The position numbers and the translations under genes are program-made. From assembly GCA_965198225.1 (NCBI GenBank), contig CBDAOY010000008.1, positions 864,001-928,000 of the forward strand: DNA of 64,000 nucleotides. Direction: 5' to 3'. The notes beneath the pieces are model-generated. The model was not told where the DNA came from. It was given only the letters and a program-made list of their open reading frames with translations, and made no database searches. Below, one piece after another: positions 58,770-64,000 of this stretch. This stretch comes from Terriglobia bacterium (lineage in GTDB: Bacteria > Acidobacteriota > Terriglobia > 20CM-2-55-15). The first letter of the stretch is position 1, and each line of letters begins with the position of its first letter.

Positions 58770-58809
58770 GGTAGCAGCCCGTGGCAGAACTCTGCCACGG
58801 GCTGCTACC
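58770..58809. repeat. Perfect 19-bp-arm palindrome overlapping the nagZ stop codon
   Basis: GGTAGCAGCCCGTGGCAGA-AC-TCTGCCACGGGCTGCTACC; one arm recurs at 29688-29706. Confidence 0.75.
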
Positions 58810-59899
58810 GCACCCGGACTTTTTCGACTGTTGGAATCGACTGTTTCAGCTTCTCGATCTGTCGGGTCAGGCGGACCTTCACGTGCGGGCGGTAACGTAG
58901 AGGGACGAATTCGATCTTCTGTTTGCACTCGAAGATGCGTTCGACCGAAGCGTCGATCCGGAGCCGGAGTTTCTTGTCGGCCCGGGCCGTCTCCAGGATG
59001 AACCAGAACGCCTCTTCGAGGAGCGGCGTGGTCTGCGAGAACAGAAACATGTCGTTCCCGGCCTCAAGCGCTCGGAGGAAGATCTTAGGGGTGAGACCGA
59101 TTGATGTGACGGCCCCCATCGTCAGGTCGTCGGTGAGCACAATCCCTTCAAAACCGACCGTCTCGCGCAACAGACCGTCGATCACGCGGTGCGACAGCGA
59201 CGCGGGCAGGGGACGGATGTCTCCCAGAGACGGATAGTGCCCATGAGAGACCATGATCATGTCGACGTCGTTGGAAAGAGCATCGAAGGGGACGACATCT
59301 TCCACGATCAATTCGCGACGGCTGCGATCGATGCGGGGTAAGGCGAAGTGAGGGTCTCGGTGAGCGCCCCCAAGGCCGGGGAAGTGTCGGGCACAGGTAA
59401 AGATCTTCTTCTTGGCGAACTCTTCCACGACGACACGACCAAGACGGGCCACTTCGCCCGCGGCTGCCGCCAGTGTCCGCTCGCGCACGATCGAGTCTGG
59501 GAGTCCCAGGTCCAGGACCGGAGCCAGGTTGGTGTTGAGACCGGCCGCCTCGACTTCGGAAGCCAGGATCCGGGCTCCTGCGCGGACTGCGCTGGTTCCC
59601 AGGTCCGCCAGGTCGGCAAGGGAGGGAACCGGTGCGATGACGTGCCTCAGGCGGTCGACCGCCCCGCCTTCCTGATTGATCGCCAGGAAGAGGGGGACAT
59701 TGGCGTTGCGCTGCAATTCGAGGCTGAGGTCGTAGACCTGGTCGAGGCTCTCGAGATTGCGCTGCGAACAGACGATACCTCCCGGGCGCACCCTTTCCAG
59801 CACCCCGGCGGCATCGGGCGTGAGTTCGCTTCCCTGGAAGCCGACAAAGAAAAGCTGACCGACCCGCTCTTCCAATGTCAGCCGTGCGGAGTCTCTCAT
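58805..59899 (-). CDS. nagZ: Beta-N-acetylhexosaminidase (GH3)
   Basis: QEGGAVDR, APVLD, RHFPGLG...DPH, TDDLTMGA. Confidence 0.82.
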   Translation of the reverse strand: MRDSARLTLEERVGQLFFVGFQGSELTPDAAGVLERVRPGGIVCSQRNLESLDQVYDLSLELQRNANVPLFLAINQEGGAVDRLRHVIAPVPSLADLADLGTSAVRAGARILASEVEAAGLNTNLAPVLDLGLPDSIVRERTLAAAAGEVARLGRVVVEEFAKKKIFTCARHFPGLGGAHRDPHFALPRIDRSRRELIVEDVVPFDALSNDVDMIMVSHGHYPSLGDIRPLPASLSHRVIDGLLRETVGFEGIVLTDDLTMGAVTSIGLTPKIFLRALEAGNDMFLFSQTTPLLEEAFWFILETARADKKLRLRIDASVERIFECKQKIEFVPLRYRPHVKVRLTRQIEKLKQSIPTVEKVRVR

Positions 59900-60016
59900 A
59901 CGTTCTGAAACTGGAAAACCGTCTGCGATTCGTGGACGAAAACGCGAACCACTCACAAAACGAGGCGAGGCGAAGGCGAATTCCTCAGGAAATTCAGTCT
60001 CCGTCCCCGAATTCCC

Positions 60017-62653
60017 TTAGCTCTCGTCTGCCTTGTCCTTCAAATCAGCCAGTATCTGCAGGGCGTCGATCGGCTTGACCTGATCCAAATCCAGGTCGCG
60101 CACACGTGCCCGAAGCTCTTCCTCCTCTGGGGAAAAGAGCGCTAGCTGATTGATAACGATACGTTTCTTCCGTCTGGCACGGACCGTCAGATTATCCGAC
60201 AATTCATGCTCGGTTTCCTCATGTTTTTTCAATATTTCTCGGGCACGTCTGATGACTGAAGGAGGGATGCCTGCCAACCGGGCCACTTCTATGCCATAAC
60301 TCCGGTCTGCGGCCCCGGCGGCGACCTTTCGCAGGAAAATGATCCGATTCTCGGTTTCTTTGACCGTCAGGTGGAAGTTCCGGATGCCCGGCAGGAGATC
60401 CGCCAGTTCCGTGAGTTCATGGTAATGCGTTGCAAATAAGGTTTTTGCGTGTATGTGTGCCTGAATGTGTTCCACGACGGCCCAGGCGATGGACAGCCCG
60501 TCAAAGGTGGCTGTGCCACGCCCGACCTCGTCGAGGATGATCAGACTCCGGGCGGTTGCCGAGTTCAGAATGATAGCCGCCTCGGTCATCTCGACCATGA
60601 AAGTCGAGCGTCCTCGGGCGAGATTGTCGGAGGCCCCGATTCGAGTAAAGACCCGGTCGATGATCGGCAACCTGGCGAACTGCGCCGGCACGAACGACCC
60701 CATTTGGGCCAGGATCACGATCAGCGCGTTCTGTCGGAGGTAAGTCGATTTACCGCCCATGTTGGGTCCGGTGATGATCTGGATTCGGCTGTCGCCCTCG
60801 TCCATGAACAGATCGTTCGGGACGAACCTTTCGGCGCGATGGTCCTCGGCCAGAGATTCGAGAACCGCGTGCCGACCGTTCCGAACGAGCAGGGACTCGT
60901 CGACGGCTGGTTCCGGACGCGAATAGGAAAAGCGTCGGGCCAGCAGGGCCAGTCCGGACAGGACATCCAGCTGCGCGACGACCGCCGCAGAGGCGCGAAT
61001 GCGAACCGACGCGGCGCCCAGCCGGTTCCGGACCTGCCCGAACAGCTCTTTTTCCAGGGCAACGAGCCGTTCTTCCGCGTTGAGAATCTTTTCCTCGTAC
61101 TCCTTCAGTTCCTGGGTGATGTAGCGCTCATGACCGACCAGCGTCTGCTTCCGAACATAGTCGTCCGGAACAAGATGCAGATTGGCCCTAGAGACCTCGA
61201 TGTAGTAGCCGAAGACCTTGTTGAATCGAACCTTCAGAGATCCGATGCCGGTCTGCTTCTTCTCTCTCTGTTCGAGGCTCGCGAGGTAGGCCTTGCTGTG
61301 GAGCGAGACGCCCCGAAGTTCATCCAGGGTCGAATCGTAACCATCTCGGATCACACCACCATCGGCGAGAGTAACGGAAGGTTCGTCTTTGATCGATCGT
61401 TCCAGCAGCTGGCGCATGTCCTCGAGCTGGTCCATCCGGCCGGCGAGGGCTCCGAACCGCGGCGCCTTGAGCCTGCTCATCACACTGGCCAGCCCAGGCA
61501 GGAGCCCGAAAGCGGCTCTGAGCGCCACGAGTTCACGCGGGGTCGTGGTACCGACGGTAACCTTGCTCAGAAGCCGTTCGACGTCGGCCATCCCATCGAG
61601 CCCGTTCCGGAGCTCCTCGAGCAGTGCACTCGCGCCGATCAGCTCCTCGACCGCATCCAGGCGGTGTGTGATCTCCTCGCGCTCGATTGAGGGGCGCAGT
61701 AGCCAGATTCGGATGAGCCTCGCCCCCATCCCGGTTGCCGTGTGATCGATGACTCCGAGCAGGGTCTCGCTGCGGTCCCCGCCTGTGGAAGATTCGAGTA
61801 GCTCGAGGTTCCTTATGGAAGAGGCGTCCAGCACCATGTAGTCGGACGATTCCTCGCAGGTCAGTCCGCTGATGTGTTCGAGTCCCGCCTTCTGCGTCTG
61901 ACGCGCGTAGTGCACCAGGGCACCGGCTGCTCCGATCGCCAGCGGTTTGTCCTGACATCCGAAACCGTCCAGGCTGGCTGTGGCAAACTGATCTCGAAGC
62001 AGGCGTGAGGCGGATTCCTCGTCGAAGAGCCAGTCGTCGAGGGGCGTACGTACGCAGCCGTCCAGAGCAGGCAGCTTCCCTTCATCGGACCGGGGAAAAA
62101 CCACTTCACGCGGTTTGAAGTGTTCTACGTCGAGCAAGAGCTGGTCCCGGCCTGAGCGGGCCTCAGACTCGCGTACCCGAAACTCGCCGGTCGATACGTC
62201 GATGAAGGCCGTCCCTAGCTGTCCTCCCCGTTCGAGGAACGCGAGAAGAAAGTTGTTTTCGCCTGATTGCAACACGTGCAAGTCCGTGATCGTGCCGGGA
62301 GTGACCACGCGCGTGACCTTGCGTGCCACGAGCTTGACGCCCTTCCTTGGCGGTTCCGTCTGATCACAGATCGCGACCTTATATCCCTTCCGGAGAAGAC
62401 GTGCGATGTACCCTTCGGCGGCATGATAGGGCACGCCGCACATGGGGATTCCCGAGCCTCGTTCCTTCTGACGTGCGGTGAGCGTGATGCCCAGCTCGCG
62501 CGATGCCGTGACGGCGTCGTCGAAGAAGAGTTCGTAGAAATCGCCCAGTCGAAACAGCAGGAGCGTGTCCGGCACTTCCTCCTTGATGGCATGGTACTGG
62601 CGCATCATAGGGGTCATCCCAGACCGGGAAGTCGGATCGGACTGGCTCGGCAT
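60017..62653 (-). CDS. mutS: DNA mismatch repair protein MutS
   Basis: TPMMRQY, GDFYELF, TGPNMGGKSTY, STFMVEM, DEVGRGT. Confidence 0.97.
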   Translation of the reverse strand: MPSQSDPTSRSGMTPMMRQYHAIKEEVPDTLLLFRLGDFYELFFDDAVTASRELGITLTARQKERGSGIPMCGVPYHAAEGYIARLLRKGYKVAICDQTEPPRKGVKLVARKVTRVVTPGTITDLHVLQSGENNFLLAFLERGGQLGTAFIDVSTGEFRVRESEARSGRDQLLLDVEHFKPREVVFPRSDEGKLPALDGCVRTPLDDWLFDEESASRLLRDQFATASLDGFGCQDKPLAIGAAGALVHYARQTQKAGLEHISGLTCEESSDYMVLDASSIRNLELLESSTGGDRSETLLGVIDHTATGMGARLIRIWLLRPSIEREEITHRLDAVEELIGASALLEELRNGLDGMADVERLLSKVTVGTTTPRELVALRAAFGLLPGLASVMSRLKAPRFGALAGRMDQLEDMRQLLERSIKDEPSVTLADGGVIRDGYDSTLDELRGVSLHSKAYLASLEQREKKQTGIGSLKVRFNKVFGYYIEVSRANLHLVPDDYVRKQTLVGHERYITQELKEYEEKILNAEERLVALEKELFGQVRNRLGAASVRIRASAAVVAQLDVLSGLALLARRFSYSRPEPAVDESLLVRNGRHAVLESLAEDHRAERFVPNDLFMDEGDSRIQIITGPNMGGKSTYLRQNALIVILAQMGSFVPAQFARLPIIDRVFTRIGASDNLARGRSTFMVEMTEAAIILNSATARSLIILDEVGRGTATFDGLSIAWAVVEHIQAHIHAKTLFATHYHELTELADLLPGIRNFHLTVKETENRIIFLRKVAAGAADRSYGIEVARLAGIPPSVIRRAREILKKHEETEHELSDNLTVRARRKKRIVINQLALFSPEEEELRARVRDLDLDQVKPIDALQILADLKDKADES

Positions 62654-62755
62654 CGAGGATCCTTCCCTTGCAGGTTTACTGGAGATCGGCCGCCGCCACC
62701 GGCGGCCAGCCAGCAGTTTATAATATGGCATGCCTATCCGAGGTCCCGGAGGCCC

Positions 62756-63421
62756 ATGAACGTCCTGGCGGTCGACACCAGTTCCGAAAGGGGAAGCGTC
62801 GCCATCATCGGCGATGGACAAGTCCTGGGTGAGGTCCGCCTCGTTTCCTCGATTCAGCACTCCGAACGGTTGTTCCGGTCGATCGATTTCCTATTCGACC
62901 ACGTCGAAATCACGCTCGAAGACATCGACGTCTTCGCGGCCGCCCGTGGACCGGGTTCTTTTACGGGGTTGAGAGTCGGTCTGGCCGCGATGGAGGGGTT
63001 CGCTTTCGCAAACGACAAGCCCGCCGTCGGCGTTTCCACGCTGGCGGCAATGGCATGGCAGGTCGAGGAGCCGAACACCCCGTTGGCGCCGATGCTGGAC
63101 GCCAGGCGCGGGGAGGTCTACGGCGCATTGTTCGAGAGGCACGGGGAGGAACTCGTTGAACTGCGACATGCGGTCGTGCTACAACCCGCCGAGTGGTTTT
63201 CCTGTTTGACGGAGAGCCGGGTTCTTTTTTGCGTGGGGGACACCTCAGACGCTAAGCTTCCGACGGAGCATCCCAGGGATTGGGAAGTGGTGCCGATCGA
63301 CCCATATCTGTCCGTCACGATCGCTGGGATGGCATCGACGTCGAATCGGGAGCCTCTCGAACCTCTCTACGTCCGAAAACCCGACGCCGAGGTCAAGCGG
63401 AATGAAAGCGGTCCCCGTTAG
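62756..63421 (+). CDS. tsaB: tRNA t6A biosynthesis protein TsaB
   Basis: LAVDTS, GPGSFTGLRVG, DARRGEVY, PLYVR. Confidence 0.93.
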   Translation: MNVLAVDTSSERGSVAIIGDGQVLGEVRLVSSIQHSERLFRSIDFLFDHVEITLEDIDVFAAARGPGSFTGLRVGLAAMEGFAFANDKPAVGVSTLAAMAWQVEEPNTPLAPMLDARRGEVYGALFERHGEELVELRHAVVLQPAEWFSCLTESRVLFCVGDTSDAKLPTEHPRDWEVVPIDPYLSVTIAGMASTSNREPLEPLYVRKPDAEVKRNESGPR

Positions 63422-63878
63422 GGTGCGCTCGGCACGCGCCGGCGACATCGACCGAATCATCGAGATTGAACGTTCCTGGGTGCACCTGTCGCACTGGTCC
63501 GTCGATGCCTACCAGCGGTTGCTGAACGAGGACAATTTCACGTCGAGTTTCGTCGGTGAAATCGAGACCGGAGAAGAGGAGCCTGCGATCGTCGGGTTCG
63601 TCATCTTTCACGTCGCCGATCGCATTTCCGAAATCTATAACATCGCCGTCGACCGAACCTATGCGCGGGATGGAGTCGGAACTTACATGATGAACGCCGT
63701 GATCGAAGCGTCCCGCCAGGAGGGAGCCCGGAAGCTGATGCTGGAGGTCCGGAAGTCGAATTCGGGCGCCATCAAGTTCTACAGCCGGTTCCAGTTCTCG
63801 ATCGCCGGAGAACGACACAACTACTACTCAAGCCCGGTCGAAGACGCGTATGTCATGGAGCGGGACCTGCGGTTCTGA
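63402..63878 (+). CDS. rimI: Ribosomal protein N-acetyltransferase RimI
   Basis: NIAV, LEVRKSN.GA..FY, RHNYY..P.EDA. Confidence 0.9.
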   Translation: MKAVPVRVRSARAGDIDRIIEIERSWVHLSHWSVDAYQRLLNEDNFTSSFVGEIETGEEEPAIVGFVIFHVADRISEIYNIAVDRTYARDGVGTYMMNAVIEASRQEGARKLMLEVRKSNSGAIKFYSRFQFSIAGERHNYYSSPVEDAYVMERDLRF

Positions 63879-64000
63879 CAGGAGTTGGTCCGGGAAGAAG
63901 AAGGAGCGGTGTTCTTAAAGTGTTGATTCATTGGAGCGTAAATTGTGTTTCCGTTGAATCGGAATCGTGCGTATGGTACGGTGACGCGGGATTGTTCCGG

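Overview
GC-rich bacterial chromosome segment, most likely Acidobacteriota (inferred from an Acidobacterial-type VWA protein, a DUF6677-like protein, an Acidobacterial-style Hfq and RGG-rich secreted amidohydrolases). It is mostly housekeeping: peptidoglycan recycling (ldcA-mpl, nagZ), tat, ctpA, aroB-ubiE, truA-uppS-cdsA-dxr-rseP-fur, pdxA-hfq, holB-tmk-thiI, ku-yggS, ccsA-hemACD, trpS-scpAB-rluB-hisC, rarA, tsaC/tsaB/rimI, mutS and tRNA-Ala(CGC). Mobile DNA is where the interest lies. (1) An intact class C group II intron sits behind a terminator, 4 nt before aroB. (2) A protein-free group II twintron at 38144-39888 has an ORF-less intron inserted precisely into domain III of an ORF-deleted intron; both EBS1 loops still match their 5' exons. 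(3) A third intron 3' remnant lies nearby. (4) An IS256 derivative carries an internal deletion plus inversion. (5) Several families of small intergenic repeats are present: REPIN-like doublets, heptamer-period arms and collapsed TIR-like scars on TAG stop codons. All calls come from reading the sequence and recognising motifs; no database searches were run.
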